Both the position numbers and the translations under genes were made by a program. From assembly GCA_035221665.1 (NCBI GenBank), contig CM069148.1, forward strand, positions 44,206,001 through 44,270,000: 64,000 bases of DNA. The letters run 5' to 3'. Of the stretch, positions 37,153-48,784 are shown piece by piece (the stretch's first letter is position 1; each line of letters begins with the position of its first letter). The notes under the pieces are model-generated. The model was not told where the DNA came from. It was given only the letters and a program-made list of their open reading frames with translations, and ran no database searches. This DNA is from Okamejei kenojei (taxonomy: Eukaryota).

Positions 37153-38900
37153 GTAAGCATGGCGCATTCACGTGGGGTGGGGTGTATGGCAGCTTTCTTC
37201 ACTTCCTCCCATTCAGTAGGATGATGCACCACTGAATGTAGCAACTAAATACAAACTGATCATCCTCTCAATAAGTACCACCCGGCCCCCCTAGACTCAC
37301 CACCAGTCTCCTTCCCATTTTCAACCCATCAAATGACCCCTTGGATCATATATCAGAGTGCAGACTGCCTTCTGACCCACTGTCTATCTCTATGAAAGAG
37401 TTATCCAATCTCACCTGTTTGTAATCACGCATTTCGTCATCTCCATGGAAAGTTGTTGCTGGATGCGTCCACTACCCTTTCAGACATCCTGTTCCCAGTG
37501 AAGCGCCTGACTAGGTCCCCACCGCGAAAGTCACTTATCCGTGTTCTCCAGAGCAGCTGCCTGGTGTGCTGAGTTACTCCAACACTTTGTGTCTTGACTT
37601 GGCATTATGCAACTTTCTTGGGTTGACCAGCGTTGAAACTCCCCTTGCATTATCTCTCCATGCTTCCATTCACGGTCCATTTTGGAATCATTGGATCTAC
37701 TACCAGAGGCATCATTTTGAGCAGACCAATCGTTTTCGGCTGCCGTCCAATTGTGTTGCCACTCAGGACAAGTTCTAACTCTCTTCCTACGGTGTACTAT
37801 CTGCATTCAGCCCTGTATGTTGCCTGTTCTTATCTCTGATGTTCTTCTGCCTGTTTCTTTAGTTGCATGAACGTACAGGGCTGACCAAACATTTGTAGAA
37901 GTCCTTATTAAATGGTTGTTTCTCCTCCATACATTACCTATTGTCGCACTCACTGGGCAGTAACTCCTGCCATGGTCTGGGGATTGAGCACGCGGATAAA
38001 TCTGTCCCGAGGTATCTGACGAGCCAAAGCGGCAGCAATCCACTGGAGGGAATGGTCGGGCAAGGGAGGTGGTGAGGTCATGTCGAGCAGATTTGGGCCA
38101 TTTGTCCCTTCAAGTCTGCTCAGCGCAGGAACTTTCTACGCACCCGCTATACTAAAACTGGGACACCTTGGACACCCCCACAGTCTGACGTTAGTTGAAG
38201 GAAGAGATTAACTGGAGCTAAAACGTCTGCATACAAGTACATCTCTTTCAAGGTGTCACAGGTACCTCTTTGTTCTGGGAAAGGGGCTCCTTGGGGTTTG
38301 TCAGAAATAGAACCGTCTCTTGACAGCCTCAAACCCATATTAAGCAAGTGGAGGGCTATTAATTACTGTTATATTATCATTCCAGTCAGTCTGATGGTGT
38401 GTGTGGGGAATATAAAATAGACACCCTGGTGCCCGATGATCCCTGAAGAAGGGGAAGGGAAGGGAAGGGCAGTTCCCCTCTCCGTGCAGCTCCTCCCTGT
38501 TAACAGTGATCTGAATCAGTCTTTGTGTTTGGCCCAGTGAGCAACCCTGCACATCCCCTGCCCCATGGGCTCGCGAACAACGTCATCCACGATTAGTTGT
38601 TGATTGCATTTCACATGGATAAAACTGGATTGTCAGACAGAATCATTTAATTTGTTAAATGGCCAGGAAATGAGCAATAATTACTGAGTCGCTGGAGCTG
38701 GCCGATTAATTTGTGTTGCTGTGGCCATGAATGCATATTCATTGATTTCGAAAGGACTGAAGCACTACTCTGCTGATGGGGTGTGAAAGTGTGCACTCTG
38801 ACTAGCTTCATTTTCATTCACCAGATCCCCTTGCTTTCTACTCCCCTTGTCTTTACCATCCATCTTTGTGTGTGCTTTATCTTTTATTCTGTCCAGACTA

Positions 38901-39294
38901 AAGGTCCACAAGCTATTTTTAAGGCAACTGATGGTCCAGCACCTTTTTTAATCCAAACAAAATTGCGAGAGTGCACTTGAAATCCCCCCTGCCCCCAGAA
39001 GTGTGGCTAAAAAATGTGGAAGCTGACCTCGACTTCAATGGGTCAACCGTGCTGAACAGCGGTCGTATTTGTCCCCTGCGACCGGGGCTCTGGAACTCTG
39101 GCCCAGGCAGAGCCAGCAGATCCGTTCCCATAGCCGACTTCAGAGGCCAACTTTCTGTGCCCTCTGGCATCCTAGGCAGACCGTTCTAGTGCCATTGGAC
39201 TCCTCTCAGAGGCCATGACCTCTGTCTGCCCGGCAAAATGGATAATCCAAGGGAATCTGGAACCTGGTGTGCAGAAAAATCAGCAATGGGCCTG
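38901..39294. mobile_element. Tc1/mariner-type MITE, sister of 4916-6322 in opposite orientation
   Basis: CAGATCCGTTCCCATAGCCGACTTCAGAGG nearly matches the reverse complement of 5066-5095; AGGTCCAC / GGGCCTG ends. Confidence 0.7.
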
Positions 39295-39546
39295 TTTTAC
39301 AAAATTATGCACTACTGAAAACTTCTCGAGGAGCAGGTTCCACAACCTCTGTCAACAATTAAAACACAAAACCCCAACCCCACCACACCCATTTCAACAC
39401 CCACCTTTGCCAGTGAGTGTGTGAATTCCCATCATTGTTCTTCAGAAACAGATCTTCAATTGTCCTGAGACCTGTTGCCCGTGACCTGGTGATGGAAATG
39501 ACGGGTGCTTTGAGCGGTGATTTAATGAACTGACCTCTTGTTACAG

Positions 39547-39651
39547 AGGCCGCTGTCGGCCACAGCACCACTCGTTTGGCTTCCTTACACTGCCATCGAC
39601 CAACTCCTGCTAGCACTCGGAGAGAACCAGAGCAACATTAACAACGCACGG
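39547..39651 (+). CDS. NUP160: NUP160 exon (RPLSATAPLVWLPYTAIDQLLLALGEN...)
   Basis: ttacag| acceptor, |gtgagt donor, 105 nt. Confidence 0.96.
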
Positions 39652-39744
39652 GTGAGTGAATTGGACTGAGTGAGGGTCGGTGGGGATTGTCGGGGAAACA
39701 GCAGCCCAAGAACTCTCGCAGGTTCAGCAACACTCTTGTCTGTA

Positions 39745-39940
39745 GGCAGGGTGGGTTTTCTCTGAGATCTTCAGTTTCCTCCCACACTCCAAAGATGTAC
39801 AGGTTTGTAGGTTAATTGGCTTGGTAAATGTTAATATTGTCCCTAGTGGGTGTAGGATAGTGTTAATGTGCGGGGATCGCTGATGGGTGCGGACCCGGTG
39901 GGCCGAAGGGCCTGTTTCCGTGCTGTATCTCTAAACTAAA
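39745..39940 (+). mobile_element. V-domain SINE 3' half
   Basis: TTTCCTCCCACACTCCAAAGA...GGGCCGAAGGGCCTGTTTCC...CTAAACTAAAC. Confidence 0.85.
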
Positions 39941-40164
39941 CAGGGTGGAGGTAAACCTCAGACATGGCTGTCTTGCTGCCCATTCATTCCCACATGCAGC
40001 TTGCTTAATATAAAGCTGCCCGGCTTGTGAAATCCCATGAGAGAATGCGTCATGTGTGATACATTCACGCCCTGTCATGTTCGCCCCGAAGCATGGATGA
40101 CGTACTGAACTGTACCTTGTGGGAGTGCGGAGAACGTAACTGGTTTCACCTTGTGTTTCCTCAG

Positions 40165-40254
40165 CTGCGGGAAAAGCTGGAGATGAAACTGGAGGACTAT
40201 CACCAGCAGGTGGAACAGGCAACGCGTGACATGAGCAGCTACCGCAGGCAGTAG
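40165..40254 (+). CDS. NUP160: NUP160 last coding exon (LREKLEMKLEDYHQQVEQATRDMSSYRRQ*)
   Basis: ttcctcag| acceptor; tandem TAG TAG stops; resembles the NUP160 C-terminus KLEDYQQKV..ATRD. Confidence 0.94.
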   Translation: MREKLEMKLEDYHQQVEQATRDMSSYRRQ

Positions 40255-40922
40255 TAGTTCTCCAATACCCATCCCCGAGGCTCTATCATGAACAATGTCA
40301 ATGGCACCCTCTAGGTGAGCCAGCGCTGCCCTCTGGACAACCTTGTGTGCCTCTATGCAATCGTGGTCAATACAAATGACTCCTCATGCCATTTATGTGT
40401 ACATACAACTGCAGCTTTTAAAAATAATGTCCAAATCGTCAGCCTGTGTAGTCTGACCACCTGACAGGGTAGATGGTGGACTTCTATGGACCATGTAACT
40501 GCCGCTCAGACTCTGTAGCTGGGCTTGGAACGTTGGCTCCTTGGAGTTCCCTGGGTGACTCAACAGCAAGAAGGAGGGAATCCAGAAACTCTGTCCTGGT
40601 GTCTCAGAGAAGGAGGCTGTCAGATCTCTGGGTAGTGGAGGGGGCTCACAAGACTCTTGAGTCTGTATTATGGGCTTGGAACCTTGGAGCCCTCTGGCTG
40701 ACTCTCAATCAGAGACAGAAACGTGCTCTGGGTGACTCTCGAATCACGGTATTATGATGAGGGTGATTCCCAGCAGCCTGTTCTTTTGTAATGGGGGGGC
40801 CAGTGAGCAAGGGCAGTCTCCAGAGCCCTCTCGACTGACAATTACTTTTTCTACTGTACATGATTGCTGAAGATTTACCTTTTTGAGGTTTTTATTTATT
40901 GGAATTTTTTCCAATCACCTTT

Positions 40923-40928
40923 AATAAA
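40923..40928 (+). terminator. Probable NUP160 polyadenylation signal
   Basis: AATAAA ~670 nt after the stop, with U-rich sequence upstream and U/GU-rich sequence downstream. Confidence 0.65.
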
Positions 40929-41141
40929 ATAAGAACATTCTATTTGTTCCTCACTTGCAATATTTCCACGGAAAAGCAGCATTCCCACTGATTGACGCTG
41001 AAATAGGGTGTGGCTGTTTCTCCACACTCAAAACTGTGGGGCAGGAAAACGATTGCCTCAGCATTGCGTCAGAGCTTTGAGGGACTTGAGGAGTCTTGCC
41101 CAAAGCCTACGTGGACCAGATGCTCTCAGGACAGCTGTTGA

Positions 41142-42589
41142 ATTTGGAGATCCACAAGAGATTTTTCTAATTCGAGTAAGTCCGGTTCTCTGCTCAATAT
41201 GTTGGTGTCTCAGTGCACCTCTCTACCCAGTGCATGTCAATGTTCATAAATTCATAAGTGATAGGAGCAGAATTAGGCCATTCGGCCCATCAAGTCTACT
41301 CCACCAACCACAGCTTATCTATCTTTCCCTCTTAACCGCATTCTCCTGCCTTCTCCCCAAAGCCCCTCTAGTATAGACAACATGGTCTTTGGTGTAAACC
41401 AGTAACCAACTGGGCCTTGGGCCACACAGACCAGTACAGTGCAGGAACAGGCTCTTCAGCTCACCAGGTCTGCACCAACCTTGAAGCCAATCTATTCTCA
41501 TCAATGCACAAGATCCATATCCCTCTACTCCCTGCCCATCCACATGCCTGTTTTAATGCCTCTTAAATGTTCCTGTCGTGTCCACCTTTCCCTGGCACCA
41601 TGTCCCAAGTGCCTACCCCATATTTAAAAAAATCCTTTAATCTTAATTAAGTACTCCTTTAAACTTTTTTTCCTTTGACCTTAAAGCTATGCTCCACCGT
41701 TTGACCTTTCACCTGAGTAAAATATTCTGACCATCTACCCTCTCAATATCATAGATTTTCCGACTCTCCAATCCAAGTTTGCCCAGCCTCTCCATATGCA
41801 CTCTAATCCACTAGGAGTGCCCCATCCTGGTAAACCTCTTCTGCTCCCTCTCTGAATCCTCCACATCTGTCTTGTAATGGGGTGACTAGACTTGTGCCGA
41901 TTTCATTTTGTCAATTTGCTCCAGAAAACCCTTGCATGCCATCAGTCAGCAAGTGGTGCTTTCCGGAGGACAATGAATGCCTCAATGCAGCACCGCGTTT
42001 GATTTGACAGAAACAACAAGCTAGTATGTTCTGCTGGCTATGACTGTGATCTCCAGTGTGCAATGGACTCCTGGTATTGGTTCCATGTGTGCATTCTGCC
42101 CAGCCTCTTATGGCAACCTGCAAGAGTTTGAAATCTACCAGCATGGTAGGATGGTGAGGAGAACCACCTCTAGCTATTAGCTATTCTTTAAACATGTGGG
42201 AGTAAAAGTGACAGGAATATGGAGCAGTCATCCGTCTGCTTAGCAGGTGAGGGATGCCACCACAATTACACCGACTCTGGTGAACACAGTGAAAGGTAAT
42301 ACCAACTGTCTTCATCAGGCCTTCGTTACTATATACCCTGGTACAATGGGTTAAACTGAACCTTATTTGGAGATCCACAAGGGATTTTTCTAATTCGGGT
42401 AAGTCCGGTTCTCTGCTCAATATGTTGGTGTCTCAGTGCACCTCTCTACCCAGTGCATGTCAATGTTCATAAATTCATAAGTGATAGGAGCAGAATTAGG
42501 CCATTCGGCCCATCAAGTTACTCCACCAACCACGGCTTATCTATCTTTCCCTCTTAACCGCATTCTCCTGCCTTCTCCCCAAAGCCCCT
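41142..42589 (+). repeat. Local ~225-bp duplication (41142-41367 and 42365-42589)
   Basis: Near-identical copies spanning ~100 bp non-repeat sequence plus a CR1 3' end. Confidence 0.92.
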
Positions 42590-43057
42590 GATACCCATAC
42601 TAATCAATAATCTATCTATCTCTGTCTTAAAAATATCAATTGATGGCCTCCAATGCTTTCTGGGGCAATGAATTCCACCGATTTGCCACCCTCAGACCAA
42701 AGAAATGTATTGTGAAGTTCCCTGCTGCACATAACAATCACTGAAAACTTTCAACCATTGTTCACAAGCACAGGGTGAAAAGAAGTGATATTTACTGTGA
42801 TGGTTCGAGTGCTTTAAGCAGTGCCCTTGTGGAGAAGCATTTGGGTAACAGGAGCAGAGATTAATTAATTGATGTGCTATAACCAGAGCAGGTGGCCCTG
42901 CAAGAGGGGGAAGGTTAAAATGTCTTACCTGTGGTTATGGGTGTGGGTGGGTAGTTGAGTTTTCAGTGGTTGTTATCAATGATCAGTACCCTCACTGTAG
43001 TAACTTGGTGTGGGTGTGTAGGATGGGTGGCTTGTTTTGCTTGTTTGTGCGGGATAT

Positions 43058-43369
43058 TTATGAGAACTGCCACCTCATGAGGACAAAGCCCAGCAGGAAG
43101 ATTAAGCTCTTGAGGTAAACAGGAACATTCCCCCTCCTGGTCATGTTGCTGTTCCTCAGGTACTGGCTGTTCGATGAAAGTTTCAAGGAAGTCTCTACAT
43201 GAGGAGAACCCATCGCAGCCAGGAAGTCACCAGGGTTCTTCAAGCCAACCGTGCTGGCAGACCCAGCACACAGACCGTTCGTAACCTGTTCTTTACCGAG
43301 ATCAAAATGTACCAGGTCATCCTTGCCTGCATACAGAGCATAGGTGACCTCTGCACTGCCAGCTGACCT
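43058..43369 (-). CDS. Candidate novel gene, exon 3 (RSAGSAEVTYALYAGKDDLVHFDLGKEQ...LKSLIFLLGFVLMRWQFS*)
   Basis: Strong pyrimidine tract + cag| acceptor; 103 open codons in phase 0; hydrophobic C-terminus. Confidence 0.33.
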   Translation of the reverse strand, partial: RSAGSAEVTYALYAGKDDLVHFDLGKEQVTNGLCAGSASTVGLKNPGDFLAAMGSPHVETSLKLSSNSQYLRNSNMTRRGNVPVYLKSLIFLLGFVLMRWQFS

Positions 43370-43845
43370 CTGAGCAACAAATGGACATGAGACAGAAATG
43401 ATCCAGAGGACAGGAATTTGCAGGTACTGCTCACCCTGACCTCCACCAAGAGAGCGTTCCAGACATGGGAGTGTGGCACACCATCGTCCCACAGATGGGG
43501 AACTGCAGATGCTGGAATCACCTGTGGAGCAAAATGCTTTGGGCTGAGCCTGTCTGGAAGAAGGGAGTAAGACGGGGACTGGTGGGTTAAAATGGACACA
43601 AAGTGCAGCATCTCCGGAGAAAAGGGATGGGTTGCCATTTTGGGTTGGAACCCTTCCTCAAACTGCCCAGCTACAGGAGGGGGGTGGAGGTGGGTAGGAG
43701 TGTGATGGAAAGATGGAGCCAGGTGGAGTGTGTAAAGATAGAGAATCATGGCTGATCAACCTGGGGACAGATATGTCCAGTAATGGCAGAGGGGGTGAGG
43801 AGGGAACCAAGGGGCTTTGGGTGGGCTGGTCGGAGTGGGAAAGGA

Positions 43846-44615
43846 ACTATTATTTAAATGGTGGCCGATTAGGAAAAGGGGAGATGCAGCGAGACCTGGG
43901 TGTCATGCTACACCAGTCATTGAAAGTAGGCATGCAGGTGCAGCAGGCAGTGAAAAAAGCGAATGGTATGTTAGCTTTCATAGCAAAAGGATTTGAGTAC
44001 AGGAGCAGGGAGGTTCTACTTCAGTTGTACAGGGTCTTGGTGAGACCACACCTGGAGTATTGCGTGCAGTTTTGGTCTCCAAATCTGAGGAAGGACATTA
44101 TTGCCATAGAGGGAGTGCAGAGAAGGTTCACCAGACTGATTCCTGGGATGTCAGGACTGTCTTATGAAGAAAGACTGGATAGACTCGGTTTATACTCTCT
44201 GGAATTTAGGAGATTAAGAGGGGATCTTATAGAAACTTACAAAATTCTTAAGGGGTTGGACAGGCTAGATGCAGGAAGATTGTTCCCGATGTTGGGGAAG
44301 TCCAGGACAAGGGGTCACAGCTTAAGGATAAGGGGGAAATCCTTTAAGACCGAGATGAGAAAGACTTTCTTCACACAGAGAGTGGTGAGTCTCTGGAACT
44401 CTCTGCCACAGAGGGTAGTTGAGGCCAGTTCATTGGCTATATTTAAGAGTGAGTTGGATGTGGCCCTTGTGGCTAAGGGGATCAGAGGGTATGGAGAGAA
44501 GGCAGGTACGGGATACTGAGTTGGATGATCAGCCATGATCATATTGAATGGCGGTGCAGGCTCGAAGGGCTGAATGGCCTACTCCTGCACCTAATTTCTA
44601 TGTTTCTATGTCTAT
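43846..44615 (+). mobile_element. Young CR1 3' fragment with open ORF2 C-terminus
   Basis: QRDLGV...LYRVLVRPHLEYCVQFWSP...FFTQRVVSLWNSLP; TTCTATG tail. Confidence 0.95.
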
Positions 44616-44919
44616 GAACAGGGTAAGTGCTCGGTATTCCATTGGCCTGGTTCCATCTGCACACATCCCCCTTCACACACCCCCCCCCCCCCCATACTCA
44701 TCTGCCTAGGTTTCCTCCCCCTTGGTTCATCCTTCCTGTCCCCTCCCCACTGCATCTTCCCATCAATCCCCACCCCCATATCTTTTTACATATCACCCAC
44801 TAGTCTCTCTCTCCAGTTATTGTAAACCTTAAACTTGTTGATGTACATATTGCTCATCAGAGTTCCAGATGATGTCTTCTGTTGTGGGATAAAGGATTGT
44901 GCCATGTGGAGATACGTAC

Positions 44920-45043
44920 CTCCTGAACCGTTGACTCTGAACCGTCCTCATTTGCCCACAGCCTCCAGTGATTGAGTGCAACTGGTAATGTCACCCTGCA
45001 GCAAGGAATCCCTCTAGTGCAGCCATACATGTTCTGAAGCTGC
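44920..45043 (-). CDS. Candidate novel gene, exon 2 (RQLQNMYGCTRGIPCCRV...ESTVQE)
   Basis: ACTAAC branch-like motif, ctgaag| acceptor, GAG|GTACGT donor; 124 nt; the only open frame is the phase-compatible one. Confidence 0.3.
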
Positions 45044-45084
45044 CTTCAGCAGGGTCCAAATAAATCACGTTAGTCATGAAATCT

Positions 45085-45880
45085 GCAGCTGCCACACCAC
45101 TCCAGAGGCCCAAGTTCAGTCCTGACCTCGGCTGCAATCTGTATGGAAGTTGCATAATCTTCCTGTGAGCATGTGGGTTTTTTTCTGTAGTGCTCAATTT
45201 TCATCCCGCATCCCAAAATTGTGCAGATTGGTAATTTAATTGAATGTTGTAAATCTTCTGCACCAACAGTTGGGTCAGGGTGAACCACCCAAACAGCATG
45301 GAATATGCCATTTGGCCCAATGTTCACACCTCAGGCAGCTAGTCCTGTTTGGCCCATGTCTTTTAACCTTTCCTATCCATGTTGCTGTCCAACGTCTTCC
45401 ATTCTCATTGTACCTGCCTCTACACATTCTACAGCACTCGTTTCATATACCCACCTCCTAATGTGTGAAAAATTTCCCCTCTCACCTTAAACATACGCTA
45501 AGTTTAGACTCCCCTTCCACCTTGAGTTTTATGAACCTCGAAGATCATCCTTTGCTCCATAAATTAGTTTCAGCCTATCCAGTCACTCCTTGTAACTCAA
45601 ACCCCTCATTTCCAGCAACATCCTTCTCAATGATTTCTTCATCCCCTCTAATCACATAGCAACCGGAATTGTATTCAATATTCCAACTTTTATACCCCAA
45701 CCAATGAAGGCAAGCATGTCTTGTGCCATTGTTACCACCCTGGCTACATTTTATAATTTCCAACAAACTATGTACAATGTACCCTTTGATAATCTAGAAC
45801 ACTCCCTGGCCTATTTCCTTCACTGCACAGATGCTGCTGCACCCGCTGAGTTTCTCCAGCACTTTTGTCTACCTTAGATT
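45085..45880. mobile_element. V-SINE (45085-45240, +), CR1 (45300-45810, -) and Penelope tail (45810-45880, +)
   Basis: Family motifs as in the other copies in this window. Confidence 0.65.
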
Positions 45881-46069
45881 ATGGTCAAGCAGTTTTGCAA
45901 CAGCAGCTGAGCCACGGTAGGTCATGAAAAGCTGGTGTTGAGCTGTCATGTTCAGCAGTGTCCTCGTGGAAACCTGGTCTTGAGTTGACATGTTCAGCAG
46001 TTCCAGGACAGCTTTTGCTGTAGATACTCCAAACATTACCAGCATGAGACAGGTCAAACAGCATTTCAT
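45873..46069 (-). CDS. Candidate novel gene, exon 1 (signal-peptide-like MKCCLTCLMLVMFGVSTA..., two NxS/T sequons)
   Basis: Open 65-codon frame with hydrophobic N-terminus ending at AG|GTAGAC (phase 2); the donor lies in an antisense Penelope fragment. Confidence 0.3.
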
Positions 46070-46189
46070 TTTGTGTTGATTCTTCATCTTCCACAGGCCA
46101 ACAATGTGACAATACCCTCATCACCATTACTCTGAACCCTCTTCAGTTTCCATAACAAAACAAATAAAACTTTTACCAAAAAAGGTTTT

Positions 46190-46195
46190 TTTATT
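46190..46195 (-). terminator. Probable CD59 polyadenylation signal
   Basis: AATAAA on the - strand followed by a GU/U-rich tract. Confidence 0.65.
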
Positions 46196-46779
46196 TATAA
46201 TCAATAATTGCAAAGTACAAAAGCATCAGTAAAGTATATACATGTCACTTTACCCCATCTGTCATTGGGTGTAAATTACTCGGCAACAAAGCCATCATTA
46301 GTTTCTGCTTGCATCTCGGGCATTAGACCAGACCAGAGCAGATTGTTACCTGGAAACAGCGACTTAATCTGTCCGTTGCGCATATTAGCCTTGGGCTGGG
46401 TTAGGTAATGCAAGGGGGTTGGAGAATTGAAGACATGGTATGCATCAAATGTGTTAGATATGCATTCATTGACACAGGTCCAGGTCAGGCAAGAGTAACC
46501 ATTCGCACAGTAGCTGCAAGGTTTCAATCTCCAGAGCAGTGATTTTAGAAGATGATAGAACCTATCAAATGCCAATTGAAATGAACAGTGACCCCAATCT
46601 TCTGGAGGGAATATGCTCTATCTTTTGGAAGGGGGGGGGGGGGGGGGGGGGGGGGGAAATGAGTGCAACACAAAGACCACAGACATTTAGTGGGTAACCC
46701 AAGGAAGTACAGCTTGTGGCATTCAGGACAATCCTTCCTTCAACAGTGAACAGAGGATGTACAGGAAAGAGGGATATTT

Positions 46780-46997
46780 TCAGCTTTGGGACCAGCACAG
46801 ATGCAGACTGGTAAAAGCGGAGAGCAGACCCAGCAGATAGATGTGTGCGACCGGTCCAGGCTCCACACCGTTCTTGGAGTTGCACAAGTTCAAGCTGCAG
46901 CAGCTAAGTGTCAATCCCGACTCGATATTGAACCCCGCCTGCACGTCCTTGTTGTTACACTTTCGCTTGGTCCAGCAGCGGCGGAAGAAATGATTGT
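46780..46997 (-). CDS. CD59: CD59-like gene, last coding exon (NHFFRRCWTKRKCNNKDVQ...SCCSLNLCN + GPI signal)
   Basis: ttcctgtaag| acceptor; completes a 10-Cys LU domain with CD59-type CW-x4-CN-x2-DV and CCxxxLCN; hydrophobic tail; 128-aa precursor in total. The symbol is inferred from motifs, not from a search. Confidence 0.85.
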
Positions 46998-47834
46998 CTT
47001 ACAGGAATAAGAACAGATTAACAAATGATTATCGATCGGACAGTGAAACCAACCCAGTGGGAGTGCAGCAAAAAATGTTTGGTGACAGGGAGGAGGGAGT
47101 TGGGAAGCACAAGGTGTTTGGAGGGGCCAGGGAGGGAGTGTAGGAATGGAAGTGGTGCACTGCAGGGAAAGGGGCACCATCTCTGAACCAAGTCCAACTT
47201 CCAAATTTCAGTCTAAAGAAGGGTCTCGACCCAAAACATCACGCATTCCTTCTCTCCAGAGATGCTGCCTCACCCACTGAGTTACTCCAGCATTTGGTGT
47301 CCAACTTATAAGACCCAAGTTCAATCACAACATGGCCCCATGACTACATCTGGCTTTCTGGTTTGTTATGCAATGAGTTTCTCCCCCCCCCCCCCCCCCC
47401 CCAAAAGCAGCCCTACTCCAACCAGTACATTTACAAACTTCTAAGATTCTCATCAGCAGCCATACAAATCAGCGTGGGGAAATAATACTTATTAGGGAGT
47501 GTGACAAGCAGATGAAAGTTTGGCAAGTGTCATTCTTCACCTGGAAGTGGAAAGTGTGCAGATGAGGCAAATTCAGTCACAAGGTGGGAGAAATGACAGC
47601 ACAGGTAAACTTGCCAAGTTGGCAAAACATGGACATTTGCAAGACAACTCCAGAAATCTCAAGGCACTCGGTTCGAGAGAATTCCAGTACCGATTCCCTG
47701 TTAAATCCTGACATGAAGTAGTTTCCTTTACAGAAAGTAATTTATAATTTTAACCTGCAAACTAAACTCTCCCACAGCATTTTTCTATATTTATTAAGGC
47801 AACTGCTTCAAAAAAAGCCACTGAGAATTGTAAG

Positions 47835-47923
47835 TCTGAAGAAGGGTCTCGACCGGAAACGTTGCCCATTTCCTTCGCTCCATAGATGTTGCGTCAACCG
47901 CTGAGTTCTCCAGCTTTTGTCTA
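47835..47923 (+). mobile_element. 89-nt Penelope-derived hammerhead mini insert with perfect 17-bp TSD
   Basis: CCACTGAGAATTGTAAG at 47818-47834 and 47924-47940; insert starts TCTGAAGAAGGGTCTCGACCGGAAACGTT. Confidence 0.9.
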
Positions 47924-48679
47924 CCACTGAGAATTGTAAGGTAATGATCTGCCTTTTGCAAATGATCCTCAACACCCTTATTAATCTTTCCAAATGATTT
48001 TGGAATCCCTTTAGATTTTATCCTTTGTCACCTGACTGCCAGTGATCTGAAACTAGTTCATCATCCTTTCAGCAGAATGTTAATGGAAAATTAGTTTCCA
48101 TTGAGAACTTGTACACACATATATTTGACTGTTGTGCTGTCCACTGGCATCAACTGGGGTTCCACTTTGGACATCGATCATGATCACGCCACCTTTCTTG
48201 GTGCTCCATGTTGACTGAATCACTTAATCCAAGACCCACATCTCTGAACTCCAACCATGTTCTTTATACCCCAGTATTCACTTTCACTTTTTATGGTTCT
48301 GCCATTTGCAAGGACACCAGAGCTTTTCCTTGTAGATTGACCTTTTCCCCCACTCACTAGAGGGAGAAGAGATAAGTCATACCCTCCCCAGCACATCCAG
48401 GCTCTGGTGAAAGTGGCCATTTTCTCCGATCAACTATCCAGTCTCTGGGAGAAGGACACAACACAATCTCCAACTCTGACACCTCACACCATAGACTGGT
48501 TTCTGTGTGAAACAGAAGGAAGTGGTTGATATGGCCACATGGAGAACAGTGTGGGGGTCAATTGTAATGGCAGGTTAGAGGCACGGGCCACTAGCTTTGG
48601 AAAGAATATCAAGGGCAGTGTTACGAAGTTTTCTTTCTCTCTGCGTGTTAGCAGAAGCAGACAACCCCAAAATACGTAC

Positions 48680-48784
48680 TGTGAAAGGTGACATTCAGGC
48701 AGGCGTCCTGGTCATTGCCACATGACTGCTTAGTGCACAGAGAGTCTTCTTTAGATTCACACACATAACATTCCAGGGCAGATC
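48680..48784 (-). CDS. CD59: CD59-like gene, second coding exon (GSALECYVCESKEDSLCTKQSCGNDQDACLNVTFH)
   Basis: ttcttgtcactag| acceptor, |gtacgt donor; LxCYxC start of the Ly6/uPAR domain; NVT sequon. Confidence 0.9.

Larger units (their letters stand above)
769..40945 (+). other. NUP160: NUP160 gene, 3' portion (22 coding exons plus 3' UTR; 5' exons lie upstream of the window)
   Basis: Spliced exons translate to peptides recognisable as nucleoporin 160 (PEKAAEQI, RFLICRDLL, IFKHHLDLGHN, RARAVDLMTHNYYELLYAFH, RPGASPKR, LLSHGVPLPNWL, GKGHQYFGIE). All have AG/GT boundaries with matching phases except at 23921. Confidence 0.97.

Noticed and set aside
43713-44519. 268-aa ORF as a host gene
   Set aside because: CR1 ORF2 C-terminus fused by chance to antisense Penelope sequence
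43280-45043. Assignment of the candidate gene to MHC class I/II or ULBP-like families
   Set aside because: Only two short motif resemblances, with wrong spacing and exon phases; kept as a remark only
44830-45087. 85-codon - strand frame with one TGA (selenocysteine or pseudo-exon)
   Set aside because: No recognisable protein, no SECIS seen, no fitting splice sites
41000-46200. C11orf91 orthologue (the neighbour of CD59 in human)
   Set aside because: No ELEI.IKELELLTITGDGFD-like peptide was seen in the frames examined
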